From Octopus bimaculoides (Eukaryota), in the NCBI RefSeq assembly GCF_001194135.2, contig NC_068991.1, positions 46,302,675-46,357,213 on the forward strand: 54,539 bases of DNA, read 5' to 3'. The first letter of the stretch is position 1, and each line of letters opens with the position of its first letter. Both the position numbers and the translations under genes were made by a program. Positions 1-11,559 of the stretch are shown piece by piece. Under the pieces are notes generated by a model that saw only the letters and a list, made by a program, of their open reading frames with translations, did no database searches and was not told the origin of the DNA.

Positions 1-77
<77 letters not shown>

Positions 78-81
78 GTAT

Positions 82-119
<38 letters not shown>

Positions 120-481
120 TGATTGATAGAGATATATGTATGTATGTATGTATACATACATACATACATGCATGCATACATATATATGCATTACAGAAAT
201 ACTGTGAGACAAATTTAATTAATTCAACAAAATTTAAAGCTGTTATGCCGGTGGCATGTGTTCGAATATGGCTATGTCACTAGGTCTTCAATGCTCGTGA
301 ATATTCGTTTGTGTGTATGTGTATGTGTGTATGTACGTGAATGTATATATCTCTCTATATATGTTTGTGTGTGTGTGCGTGTGTGTGTGTGAATGTGTGT
401 GTGTGTGCATGTGTGTGTGTATATATAATACACACACACACACACACACACACATATNNNNNNNNNNTATATATATATAAG

Positions 482-660
482 TGAGAACGCATAGCCTAGT
501 GATCGAATATTGCAGCGAGATCGTGGCTTCAATTCCTAGACCGGATGGTGCGTTGTGTTCTTGAGCAAAACACTTCATCTCACGGTGCTCTGCGATCACT
601 TCAACACCTAACGCATGGTATACAGTGCACCCGTTCGGCTAACGTCGATTTGATCGCCTT
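482..660 (+). mobile_element. tRNA-headed SINE fragment (head plus 'gtgttcttgagcaaaacacttc' body)
   Basis: Degenerate A box (tagcctagtgat) and B box (ggcttcaattcc). A related head lies on the minus strand at about 17690-17750. Confidence 0.55.
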
Positions 661-789
661 ATCACCACAGACAAAGCAAAATATCCATACGAGCTAAGAT
701 TGCCGCATATTATATAGCCTCTTGATAAACAATATCACTGTTGCCTTTAACACCATTAAACACAATTGAAAGAAACAAACTTTTCAGCT

Positions 790-1010
790 CAAAATAGAAA
801 ACAGCACAGACCGACTTCTTAACTTTTATCATTTTCCTGTTTCAGTCTAACGACCATACTGGGCTCTTCCTTGTATGAATCGACCCTAGTATTTCCTTTT
901 GTCTTTAACCTGGTACTTATTGTATAGGTCTTTTTTGCCGAACCGATAGGTTACGGGGACGTAAAACTACCAATGGCAGTTGTGGAAAAACACAGACACA
1001 AAGACACACA
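790..1010 (-). mobile_element. 3' part of a CORE-like SINE (family D)
   Basis: The reverse complement matches the tails at 6090-6290 and 41050-41215 (tacgtccccgtaac...cggcaaaaaagacc...ataagtac). Confidence 0.6.
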
Positions 1011-1344
1011 CAGATATCTATGTACATATATATATATATATNNNNNNNNNNNNNNNNNNNNNNNNNNNNNNNNNNNNNNNNNNNNNNNNNNNNNNNNNNN
1101 NNNNNNNNNNNNNNNNNNNNNNNNNNNNNNNNNNNNNNNNNNNNNNNNNNNNNNNNNNNNNNNNNNNNNNNNNNNNNNNNNNNNNNNNNNNNNNNNNNNN
1201 NNNNNNNNNNNNNNNNNNNNNNNNNNNNNNNNNNNNNNNNNNNNNNNNNNNNNNNNNNNNNNNNNNNNNNNNNNNNNNNNNNNNNNNNNNNNNNNNNNNN
1301 NNNNNNNNNNNNNNNNNNNNNNNNNNNNNNNNNNNNNNNNNNAT

Positions 1345-1540
1345 ATGGGAGAATTTATGAAAAAAACAACAGACAAAGACAGGTGGTGTAAAAAACAAAT
1401 GGATGTATTAGTTTAACGCTCGGGAATAGAGAAAGTCTTTAACGTTTCGAGCTACGCTCTTCAACTGAAAGGAACACAGAAAGAAATAAGGAGAAAAACA
1501 AGGAGAGAAAAAATATAAATGTAGTGGTCAGCGATCTATC
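1345..1540 (-). repeat. ~190-bp dispersed repeat carrying a minimal hammerhead-like motif, copy A
   Basis: Homologous to 19843-20035 (+) and 40765-40890 (-). Motif at 1436-1471. Confidence 0.85.
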
Positions 1541-1589
1541 ATGGCGAATGCCGGACAGATGATTCACACAGGAGATACGACGTCTTCTT

Positions 1590-1700
1590 TCAGTTCCGTC
1601 TACCAAATCCACTCACAAGGCTTTGGTTGGCCCGAATCTATAGAAGAAGCTTGCCCACGGTGCTGGTCTTCCATAAACAACCCTTGCCCGGACTAGTGCT
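1590..1700 (-). mobile_element. CORE-like SINE body fragment (family D)
   Basis: Reverse complement of 'gggccaaccaaagccttgtgagtggatttggtagacggaactgaaagaag', as also seen at 19745-19810 and 40130-40210. Confidence 0.7.
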
Positions 1701-1769
1701 TCGGAGGGGAACATTTTAGGTGCAATCCCATGGTCATTCATGACCGAAGGGGGTCCTTTTCTATTGGTG

Positions 1770-2535
1770 ACTCTTGACCCCTTTCCAGGTAATGTTCCAG
1801 AATAGGTCCTTTTGCGTCCCACAAAACTATTGGTATCACTTTTTTCTGTGTGAAATTAGGTCTTGAGTTGTTTTTCGCTGGAGCTTCCGGGCATTGCCCT
1901 GTACAATCTGGATTACGGCTTAATTTGGATTACAGCTTAAAATGATGAACCCAGGTCTCATCTTCTGTGACTATTCTCTCCAAAAACCTTCCCATTCATC
2001 ACTGCAGCGGTCAATTAGACGTTAACAGATCTCACACGACTGGAATTATGCGCTTCGATAAGCTCTCTTGACACCTGTTTCGTACAGATTTTACGGAAGC
2101 GAAGATTGTGGATGATTTTGTATTCAGAACCATGGTTAATTTGCCGAGAGCATGCCACTATATCGATGGTCACTTGTCAGTTCACCAGAAAAATCTCTCG
2201 AACTTGTTAACTTTTCACGTCAGTGCTGGAGGTTGATGGGCATCCTTATCCCTCATCGTGCTTCATACTTGTCCAACCATTTTTTAAACTTCTCGATCCA
2301 CTCATACACACTTTTAAGCAGAAGAGCGCGGTCCCTGTATTGTACGGAAATCTTGAAATGAATTTCACCTGCTGACACGACTTCAGACCAGAGAAATAGG
2401 ATCACTGCTCTCTGTTCTTCCTAGGTGCACACCGCCAGCGGAGCAGCGATGTTTATTCAGTAACACAAGAAAGAAAACTGGAGCGATGAAGGAGTACCAC
2501 ACTTTAGCATGTGAACGTTGAAGGCAGTGCAGCCA
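1770..2535 (-). mobile_element. Decayed mariner (DD34D-type) transposase, N-terminal two-thirds
   Basis: Minus-strand translation gives EEQRAVILFLWSE..EIH...VYEWIEKFK (HTH), RFLERIVTEDETWVHHF (first catalytic D, TGDETW motif) and KVIPIVLWDAKGPILEHYLERG. Many stops and frameshifts. Confidence 0.85.
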
Positions 2536-2641
2536 AGCTAAACAAAAATGTTATATATTATAGCCCCAGTGAAATGAGCGAAGGTGGGTATAGAATGATG
2601 TAGGTAGATTGTTAATCAGGAAATACTTTTAAAACGTATAC

Positions 2642-2868
2642 GGTGGCGAGCTAGCAGAATCGTTAGCACGCCGGGCAAAAATGCTTAGCGGCATTTCGTC
2701 CATCTTTACGTTCTGAGTTTAAATTCCACCGAGGTTGATTTTACCTTTCGTCCTATCGAGGGTCGATAAAATAAGTAGCAGTTGGACACTGGGGTTAACG
2801 TAATCGACTTACTCTTTTCCTCGAACTTGTTGGCTTTGTGCTAAAATTTGAAATCAATATTTATTGAA
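2642..2868 (+). mobile_element. tRNA-derived SINE, family A (high-copy octopus-type SINE)
   Basis: ggcgagctagcagaatcgttagc head (A box), B-box-like gagtttaaattcc, shared body and tail with about 15 other copies. Confidence 0.9.
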
Positions 2869-3152
2869 TGTTGGTTGTGTTCTTCAATTTTACAGTCAAT
2901 GTTTTCACAAGATCTCCTGGTCTGGTTGAGGAGACGTATGTTCTTATGCATGTAAAACCGGATAGAGAGATAGATAGATAGATAGATGGATAGATAGATA
3001 GATAGAGGGACAGATAGATAGATAAATACATACATACATACATAGATACATACATACATACATACATACATACACACACACATATTCAGAGAGAGAGGCA
3101 GACAGGTGGATAGGTAGATATTTTCTCTCTTCCCTCTTTCTAACTTTCTAAC

Positions 3153-3186
<34 letters not shown>

Positions 3187-3187
3187 A

Positions 3188-3226
<39 letters not shown>

Positions 3227-3797
3227 TCTCTCTCTCTCTCTNNNNNNNNNNNNNNNNNNNNNNNNNNNNNNNNNNNNNNNNNNNNNNNNNNNNNNNNNNN
3301 NNNNNNNNNNNNNNNNNNNNNNNNNNNNNNNNNNNNNNNNNNNNNNNNNNNNNNNNNNNNNNNNNNNNNNNNNNNNNNNNNNNNNNNNNNNNNNNNNNNN
3401 NNNNNNNNNNNNNNNNNNNNNNNNNNNNNNNNNNNNNNNNNNNNNNNNNNNNNNNNNNNNNNNNNNNNNNNNNNNNNNNNNNNNNNNNNNNNNNNNNNNN
3501 NNNNNNNNNNNNNNNNNNNNNNNNNNNNNNNNNNNNNNNNNNNNNNNNNNNNNNNNNNNNNNNNNNNNNNNNNNNNNNNNNNNNNNNNNNNNNNNNNNNN
3601 NNNNNNNNNNNNNNNNNNNNNNNNNNNNNNNNNNNNNNNNNNNNNNNNNNNNNNNNNNNNNNNNNNNNNNNNNNNNNNNNNNNNNNNNNNNNNNNNNNNN
3701 NNNNNNNNNNNNNNNNNNNNNNNNNNNNNNNNNNNNNNNNNNNNNNNNNNNNNNNNNNNNNNNNNNNNNNNNNNNNNNNNNNNNNNNNNNNNNNNNN

Positions 3798-4150
<353 letters not shown>

Positions 4151-4221
4151 ATTTTTACATAACCCTCTCGCATTATTATTATCATTATTACCATTATTAT
4201 TATTAGCATTATCATTATTAA

Positions 4222-4435
4222 GGCGACGAGCTGGCAGAATCGTTAGCGCGTTGGACAAACTGCTTTACGGTATTTCGCCCGTCTGCGTTCAAATTCCGCT
4301 GAGGTCGACTTTGCCTTTAATCCTTTGGGAGTCGATTAAATGAGTACCAGTTGAACACTGGGGTCGATGTAATCGACTCACCTTCCCCAAGCTGCCCTTT
4401 TGGCAAAAGTTTTTAATAATAATAATTATTATTAT
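4222..4435 (+). mobile_element. SINE family A
   Basis: Head gagctggcagaatcgttagc; body gaggtcgactttgcc...cactggggtcgatgtaatcgac; (AAT/ATT)n tail. Confidence 0.9.
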
Positions 4436-5662
4436 TGGAAGAAATTTTGTTTCGTTCCTTTATGTTTGAATTATGAAAACCACCATTCTATGGTTTATTT
4501 TTCTTTGTGCAAGGATTTATAAAAAAAGAAACAATCATATAAGCTGATAGCCCCAGTTAACTATGCTGCTTTCTATACTAATCTGTGACCTCGAGCAAAC
4601 GTAAAGTAGCCTCGAACTATAGAGATAGAAGAACAGGAAAGACATAATGTCGAACTAAATAAACTGCGTCATCATGTTTTGAGTCTGAATATTTCCGACA
4701 TTTGACTTCACGTCCCCCCTCTTAGTTCGGTAAAATAAATGACAATTATGTACTAAAGTCTGTCTCAGTCGACTGTATTTCTTCGTCTATAAATATGTGG
4801 CGAGGTGCACCTCAAATTTTAAGTAGAAAAAAATATAATGAGTAAATTCTTAATAAAAAAAAGACAAAACATTGCTATAGAAATCAGAATGTCTTCCTTG
4901 TAATTGAATTGTGTTAATGTGATTTTATTTTTGGAAAATTCGAATTTTGTTTCCTTTTTCCATCCATCGTTTTTATTTGCGTTCATTCGCCTCAGTTCAA
5001 TTCTTTCTTTCATTTTCTTTTTTTATGTTCTAAGATGTCTGAGGAAACTTCTTTTACATTAGAGCTTCTTATTTTCAAGTTTTATGTAATTAGATGATGA
5101 AATATCTCTCTATTTTAAGCTTCATGGTTCCTACAAAAGGATGTAAGGACGCAAACACATTGGACACATTCCACAATGGAAAGAATTCTTTTACATCTTA
5201 ATGAAGTTCAAGTATTTAGAACCCTTCAAGAAAAAGAGGAAGAAACGGAAACTAAAGAATAAAGAACAAAAATAAAAATCAAACATTCCTATAACTACAG
5301 CCTTACAAAAATTATTTTGCAAAAACCAGGAAAGCGACTTCTGCAGTAATAAATAAATAAATTAATAAAATGAAGAAATAAAAATGTTTTAAGGGACGTA
5401 GTGTCCTGTAGTAAACAGGATCTGAATTTGGGGGATAAGAGAAGTCAGAATAAACTTATCTTTAATAACAAAAAGACATATAGTAATACACTAATTCATT
5501 TGATAAATAAAATATAACATGACGCATCATTTAAAAGCTCCAAAACAGATCCTGAAATTATAATTATTGGCTGGACCTGAAAACCCCAGTTGTGAAAGTA
5601 AACCTTGCCGAGACAGTCGCAACTACTTAAATTGAGGTCTTGGAGATAACGATATAACGATA

Positions 5663-5845
5663 TAAACAGTAAAATGCTTAAAACGAGGGAATTCAGTGAA
5701 TGTGAGCGAGGTCAAATCGTAGCTCATCATGAAGATGGAACGTCTCAAAGGCAAATTGCTCAGAAAATGAAATGTTCTCGATGTGCAGTGCAAATGACTC
5801 TGAAGCACTTTAGAGAGACAAAAGATGTGAAGACAATACAAAGAA
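5663..5845 (+). mobile_element. Isolated Tc1 transposase N-terminal (HTH) fragment
   Basis: MLKTREFSECERGQIVAHHEDGTSQRQIAQKMKCSRCAVQMTLKHFRETKDVKTIQR. Identical to 10366-10548 on the minus strand; no TIR nearby. Confidence 0.9.
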
Positions 5846-5873
5846 GCATTCATTCCATATACAATATTTCTAC

Positions 5874-6290
5874 AGGCGATAGCATGGGTGTGTGGTAAAG
5901 AACTTCACTTCGCTTCGCGAACCTGTGGTTTCGGGTTCAGTCTCTGCTGTGCAACACCTTCAACATGTGTCGTCTTGTATTGTTGCCTCGTGCCAACTAA
6001 TGTGTTTTGAGTGAATTTTGTTAGCGTAAATTGTGTGGAAGCTAATCGTATATCCACAAATAGATAGATAGATAGATAGTGAAAATATGCGACCGTTTGC
6101 GTGTGTGTGGAGGGGAGTTCTCCCTACACCACTTGGCAATCGTCTGGGTTCGTTTACACCAACTCAGACAGAATAAGTACTAAGGTCGATTTGCTCAAGT
6201 TAACCCTTTATGGCGGTGCCCAAACATGGATACTATCCAATGAGAGAAACACGGAAAAGATAATTCAGACAATTGTTTCTCTGAAATGAA
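5874..6290 (+). mobile_element. CORE-like tRNA SINE (family D), diverged near-full copy
   Basis: Head gtgtgtggtaaag...gggttcagtc; body gtgagtgaatttt...ggaagc; microsatellite linker; tail gaataagtac...ggtcgatttgctc...ggcggtgccc. Confidence 0.7.
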
Positions 6291-6489
6291 AGCGTCTCAC
6301 TGCTCAATAATGTTTTCTATCTTAAACAGAGGGCCACACTTTTTCGTGAGGAGAAAACTAGTCGCTTAAAACCGACCCGAAATGTTATCTTACATTTTAA
6401 AAAATCCAAATGATGCACCAACTCTTTTGTAGGCAAATTTGCCTTTAAAAAACATTGAGTAATATAGATCCCGTTATTGCATTAAACGT

Positions 6490-7200
6490 TTCTTGCCTAA
6501 AGCACTTCACAAACCAATGTCCTCCAATTCTGATGGACAGAAAACATTCCCCTATCCATCTTTTCTCGTTCATTTACACATAATTCTGTGTCGATACACT
6601 CCATGTCTAACAGATGTCTATAATGTGATCTGGTCAGCCAACTGGTTTAATTATTTTCTAAATATTTCAGGGTTTTTCTTTTTAGAGATGTTTTTCATTC
6701 AGCCATTTCGATATTGTCGTTGGGGTAGAGTTCTCAGGCACTTCCTCCATAGGTTTCTATCAGAAGAAACTGTTATTACACTTTTAGGCAAAATTCTCAA
6801 GCATGACAAACTGAGAATATGGATATTATCTAACTAGCTTATTTTTGCTCTACCCCTCTGTTTCCTGCCAGTTGATTCGACTTGAAGAACCCGCCTTGCG
6901 ATTCTTTCCGGAGATATTCTAATCGCTTTTTTGTTTCTATTTCTTTAACTAACAGTTTTCAGTGTACTTTTCTGAATTATGTAAACTTTCAGTATGTCTA
7001 CATATTCTGAAATATTTCAGTTATAGCTGTACTAAAGACTCGTGTTTTGCATGCATTTTTGTTTTTGTAATATTAGATATGAAATCCTTCTTTATGTCTG
7101 TTGAAATTTTTGTTTCCCCGTAATCTGAAAACCAATCGTATTTCCAAATACGCTTAACATTCGTATTCATGTTTCTTTCTTTCTTGTAAATTATTTATTT
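6490..7200 (-). mobile_element. Possible very old RTE-like LINE RT C-terminal remnant
   Basis: Minus translation has faint RT thumb-like motifs (KRLEYLRKESQG; TYGGSA*EL...IEMAE*K). Heavily decayed. Confidence 0.3.
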
Positions 7201-7252
7201 TTCTTTTCGACTACTGTTCTTTCTTTATTATTATTATTATTATCATTATTAT

Positions 7253-7440
7253 TGGCAGAATCGTTAACACGCCGAGCAAAATGGATAACGTCATTTCATC
7301 CGGTTCTACGTTTCGAGTTCAAATTTCGCGGAAGTTGACATTGTCTTTCATCCTTTCAGGGTCGATAAAATAGGTACCAGTCAAGTTCCTCCCCCAAAAT
7401 TTCAGGCCTTGTGCCTATAGTAAAAAGAATTATTATTATT
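7253..7440 (+). mobile_element. SINE family A
   Basis: tggcagaatcgttaacacgccg...ttcaggccttgtgcctatagtaaaaagaattattatt. Preceded by (ATT)n. Confidence 0.9.
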
Positions 7441-7657
7441 ACTGGTAGAACAGTTAGCCCACCGGGCAAACTGCTTAGCTGTATTTCGTCCGTCTCTACG
7501 TTCTGAGTTCAAATTCCGTCGAGGTGAACTTTGCTTTCATCTTTTCGGAGTCGATAAAATAGGTATCAGTCAAGCACTGAGGTCGGTGTAAACGGCTGAC
7601 CCCCTTCCCCCAACAAATTTCAGGTTTTATGCTTACAGTAGAAAGAATTATTATTGA
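7441..7657 (+). mobile_element. SINE family A (head abuts the tail of the previous copy)
   Basis: ctggtagaacagttagc...ttctgagttcaaattcc...gtagaaagaattattatt. Confidence 0.88.
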
Positions 7658-7850
7658 GTGAGAGAGCAGTGTATTCTATTAAAGCGATGAAAGCCTAACA
7701 TATCGATCATGACTTCACGTTTGGTAAGGGTACACTATGCACATGCATCACAACCATATATGCGCAACAAGATGAACTTATATCAAGATAAACAGCGCAT
7801 GACCTTACACGTAGAGCCCAGTTAGAATTTTCCTTAGGTCGAGCAGTCCA
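7657..7850. repeat. Unclassified interspersed repeat family B
   Basis: Shares gagtgag..gagc and ttatatcaagataaacagcgcatgacctt...gcccagttagaatttt with 35169-35550. Both copies start right after (ATT)n. Confidence 0.75.
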
Positions 7851-7894
7851 TTATTTATTATACACGAGCGGGGTTGGGTTTTTTTTCTTTTTTG

Positions 7895-8110
7895 CGGAAT
7901 CGTTAGAGTGTCGCAAAAACTTTCCTTGCGATATTTCTCCCGACTCTACTTTCTGAGTTCAAATCCAGCTGAGATCAATTTTACATTTCATCTCTGGGGC
8001 CGGTAAAATAAAGTCCCTGTCAGGTACTGTGTACAATTTAATCGAGTAACTCTTTCCTCCCAAATTTCTGGCAGTTTGCATCTGTAAGAAAACACAATTT
8101 TTTATTATTC
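7895..8110 (+). mobile_element. SINE family A, diverged
   Basis: gcggaatcgttagag...ttctgagttcaaatcc...ggtaaaataaagt...ttattatt. Confidence 0.7.
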
Positions 8111-8115
8111 TGTAA

Positions 8116-8312
8116 TGCGGCGAGCTGACAGAATCGTTAGCACACCGGACAAAATGCTTAGCGGCATTTCGTCCGTCTTTACGTTCTGAGTTCAAATTCC
8201 ACCGAGGTCGACCTTGCCTTTCATCTTTTCGGGGTCGATAAATTATGTACCAGTGAACACTAGGGTTGATATAATCGACTAATCCCCTCCCGCAAAATTT
8301 CCTCCAATGGGA
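8116..8312 (+). mobile_element. SINE family A
   Basis: gcggcgagctgacagaatcgttagcacaccggacaaaatgcttagcggcatttcgtccg... Confidence 0.92.
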
Positions 8313-8461
8313 TCGTTTTGATCAACTAATTCAGCCTCCCAAATTCGTATTCTTTTGTCTAATTCAGCCTCTCAAATTCGTGTTCTTATGACCACTGTCG
8401 CCTCAAAATATTTCTGACCTTGAACCTACGTTAGAAACGATTATTATTATGGTTTCCATAA

Positions 8462-8708
8462 ACAGGCTGAGTTGTTAGAATATGGGAAGACATAACTTGC
8501 GGTATTTATTCCGGCGCTTTACGTTCTGAGTTCGAATCACTCCGGGGTCAACTTTGCCTTTCATTATTTCAGTCATGATTTCAGTGACGTAGTTGCCCAT
8601 TATTTATCATACACGAGCGTACCATTCAAGTACTGGTCAATGCTGTCAACTAATACCTTCCTCTCGAAATTGCTAACCTCGTGTCTAAATCAGAAACGAT
8701 TATTATTT
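8462..8708 (+). mobile_element. SINE family A, diverged
   Basis: tacgttctgagttcgaatc...ggtcaactttgcctttcat...cagaaacgattattatt. Confidence 0.65.
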
Positions 8709-10347
8709 TCCGGATTTGTAAGAGTACTTTTATTTGGATGATTTGTTGATCGCATTTTTATGTTACATTTTTGTTATATTCCTCTGTGACAATCCCATTG
8801 CTTGAATAAAGTAATAAGGCAAAAGATATCTGTAATATGTCGTCTGCTTTCAATTCAAGAACATATTCCATTTTGGTCAAGATGTATATATTGTTACATA
8901 CTTTCAGTAAATACGCGAGATGAATCAGCTGAAGGGCTTATATTTTTAGCTAAATATTCAGTATTATACAGTACTTGAGTGGTTTCCATGGCATTGAATG
9001 TTTTATTTTGGTATACGTTTTTATCAATTTATCAGTGTCCCTCCCTTTGTACACTACTATTCAATATAAATACTTCCCTTGGAATGTATAAACTTCCTAA
9101 GGGTACTCTCTTCTGGAATTCATTTGTGAAAGGTCTGCAAGGAAGCCTTTCAAATTTTAACTATTTTTTTTTCCTGCTATTCTTTCTACGCTACAGAGAG
9201 TTCCTCTCTTAACAAAGACACTACATTTCATTTCCAATGATTCTGTAACATCCATTTCTAGTCCTTTGTGTTTTTGTTTTCAAACTTCTTCGCAGATACC
9301 TTCGTATCTGATTTTCATAGGCATACCACAGCGATTCATGAACAAGGCGCTGGTTGTGCTATCCTGGAGGACAATGTTAAAGAGGACAGCTTTTATCTCC
9401 TTGACTGCAAGTATTTGAGTATCACAGACAAAAGCAGCACTTTTTTACTCCTAAATACGCCCCGGGTTTAAGTAAATATGACAATTACAGAGTATAATCG
9501 CTCGCTAATTTGTACATTTTATTTTATTAATAATTTCTCCACTCCCCACTATGTTTGTGCATTTATGGTTTTATCATATTTAACTAAATGTGTAAATTCT
9601 ATATAGTTCGTCTTGGTAATTTGTGAATTACTTCATATATATATATATATATATATANNNNNNNNNNNNNNNNNNNNNNNNNNNNNNNNNNNNNNNNNNN
9701 NNNNNNNNNNNNNNNNNNNNNNNNNNNNNNNNNNNNNNNNNNNNNNNNNNNNNNNNNNNNNNNNNNNNNNNNNNNNNNNNNNNNNNNNNNNNNNNNNNNN
9801 NNNNNNNNNNNNNNNNNNNNNNNNNNNNNNNNNNNNNNNNNNNNNNNNNNNNNNNNNNNNNNNNNNNNNNNNNNNNNNNNNNNNNNNNNNNNNNNNNNNN
9901 NNNNNNNNNNNNNNNNNNNNNNNNNNNNNNNNNNNNNNNNNNNNNNNNNNNNNNNNNNNNNNNNNNNNNNNNNNNNNNNNNNNNNNNNNNNNNNNNNNNN
10001 NNNNNNNNNNNNNNNNNNNNNNNNNNNNNNNNNNNNNNNNNNNNNNNNNNNNNNNNNNNNNNNNNNNNNNNNNNNNNNNNNNNNNNNNNNNNNNNNNNNN
10101 NNNNNNNNNNNNNNNNNNNNNNNNNNNNNNNNNNNNNNNNNNNNNNNNNNNNNNNNNNNNNNNNNNNNNNNNNNNNNNNNNNNNNNNNNNNNNNNNNNNN
10201 NNNNNNNNNNNNNNNNNNNNNNNNNNNNNNNNNNNNNNNNNNNNNNNNNNNNNNNNNNNNNNNNNNNNNNNNNNNNNNNNNNNNNNNNNNNNNNNNNNNN
10301 NNNNNNNNNNNNNNNNNNNNNNNNNNNNNNNNNNNNNNNNNNNNNNN

Positions 10348-10820
10348 TAACCTTTTCTCTGCCTGTTCTTTGTATTGTCTTCACATCTTTTGTCTCTCTA
10401 AAGTGCTTCAGAGTCATTTGCACTGCACATCGAGAACATTTCATTTTCTGAGCAATTTGCCTTTGAGACGTTCCATCTTCATGATGAGCTACGATTTGAC
10501 CTCGCTCACATTCACTGAATTCCCTCGTTTTAAGCATTTTACTGTTTATTAACTGTATCTACAATGTATTTTTAGCATAAAACTCTGAACTAATCAAGGA
10601 AATATAAGTTAATTTTGGACATTGGTCTTACTCATAATTGGTTGCATATGTACAGTACAGTATAAAAGCAGTAATTGATGCTAAAGAAGGGTCGACCAGA
10701 TATTAAAACTAATGTATATTGTGAAATATACCATAATCTACCACGTGCAAGTGTTTCATTAAGATTGAAATAGCAGAACCCCAAAACATTGGGGTGGCCT
10801 AATACTTTTGGCCAAGGCTG
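10348..10820 (-). mobile_element. Tc1-family DNA transposon 5' end (TIR plus transposase N-terminus; remainder in gap)
   Basis: Minus strand reads TA|CAGCCTTGGCCAAAAGTATTAGGCCACCCC, a Tc1-type TIR with the TA target at 10821-10822. ATG at 10537 starts the HTH ORF MLKTREFSECERGQIV...GREKV, which runs into Ns. Confidence 0.9.
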
Positions 10821-10910
10821 TAGATACACACACATCGAACATAAATATTCTTAGGCACATTCATACACATATCTTAACACACGCTCAAACATACACAGCA
10901 GTTCTCACTC

Positions 10911-11064
10911 TGCCGCTACGTTATGAGTTCAAATTCCGCCGAGGTCGACTTTGTCTTTCATCGTTTCGGGGTCGATTAATTAAGTACCAGTGAAACTCTG
11001 GTGTCGATGTAATCGACTAGTGCCCCACCCACCAAAAACAGGCCTTGTGCCTATAGCAGAAAGG
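10911..11064 (+). mobile_element. SINE family A, 5'-truncated
   Basis: gagttcaaattccgccgaggtcgactttg...caggccttgtgcctatagcagaaagg. Confidence 0.88.
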
Positions 11065-11067
11065 CCT

Positions 11068-11288
11068 GAGGTGGCGAGCTGGCAGAATCGTTAGCACGCC
11101 GAGCGAAATGCTTAGCAATGTTTCGTCTGCCGCTACGTTCTGAGTTCAAATTCCGCTGAGTTCGACTTTGCCTTTCATCCTTTCGGGGTCGATAAATTAA
11201 GTACCAGTTGGGTACTGGGGTCGATCTCATCAACAGGTCCCCTCCCCCAAAATTTCGGGCCTTGTGCCTAGAGTAAAAAAGATTATAT
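11068..11288 (+). mobile_element. SINE family A, full length
   Basis: ggtggcgagctggcagaatcgttagcacgccg...ggccttgtgcctagagtaaaaaagattat. Confidence 0.93.
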
Positions 11289-11559
11289 ATTTATATCATA
11301 CATATACAGACGATATTCACACGCTTCATAGTGTGTAAATCATTGTACGTATATACAATGTTTCATACGCTATCACACTGCCTCCTCTATCATTTCTAAA
11401 AGTTAGGATATACTATACTATAGTTAAGGCTAAATGCGTAAATGGAAACGACTGTCTGAAATGAGGAGTCAGATATAATAAAATAAAATAAAATATACGA
11501 AACACAAATCTAGAAGTAAACTACGGACGCTACGGTTTAGAGCTAATTGGTAGTATTAT

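Noticed and set aside
8325-8395. Two tandem ~33-bp units (taattcagcct..caaattcgt) as a CRISPR-like or functional array
   Set aside because: Two adjacent copies with no spacers in eukaryotic DNA; an ordinary tandem duplication.
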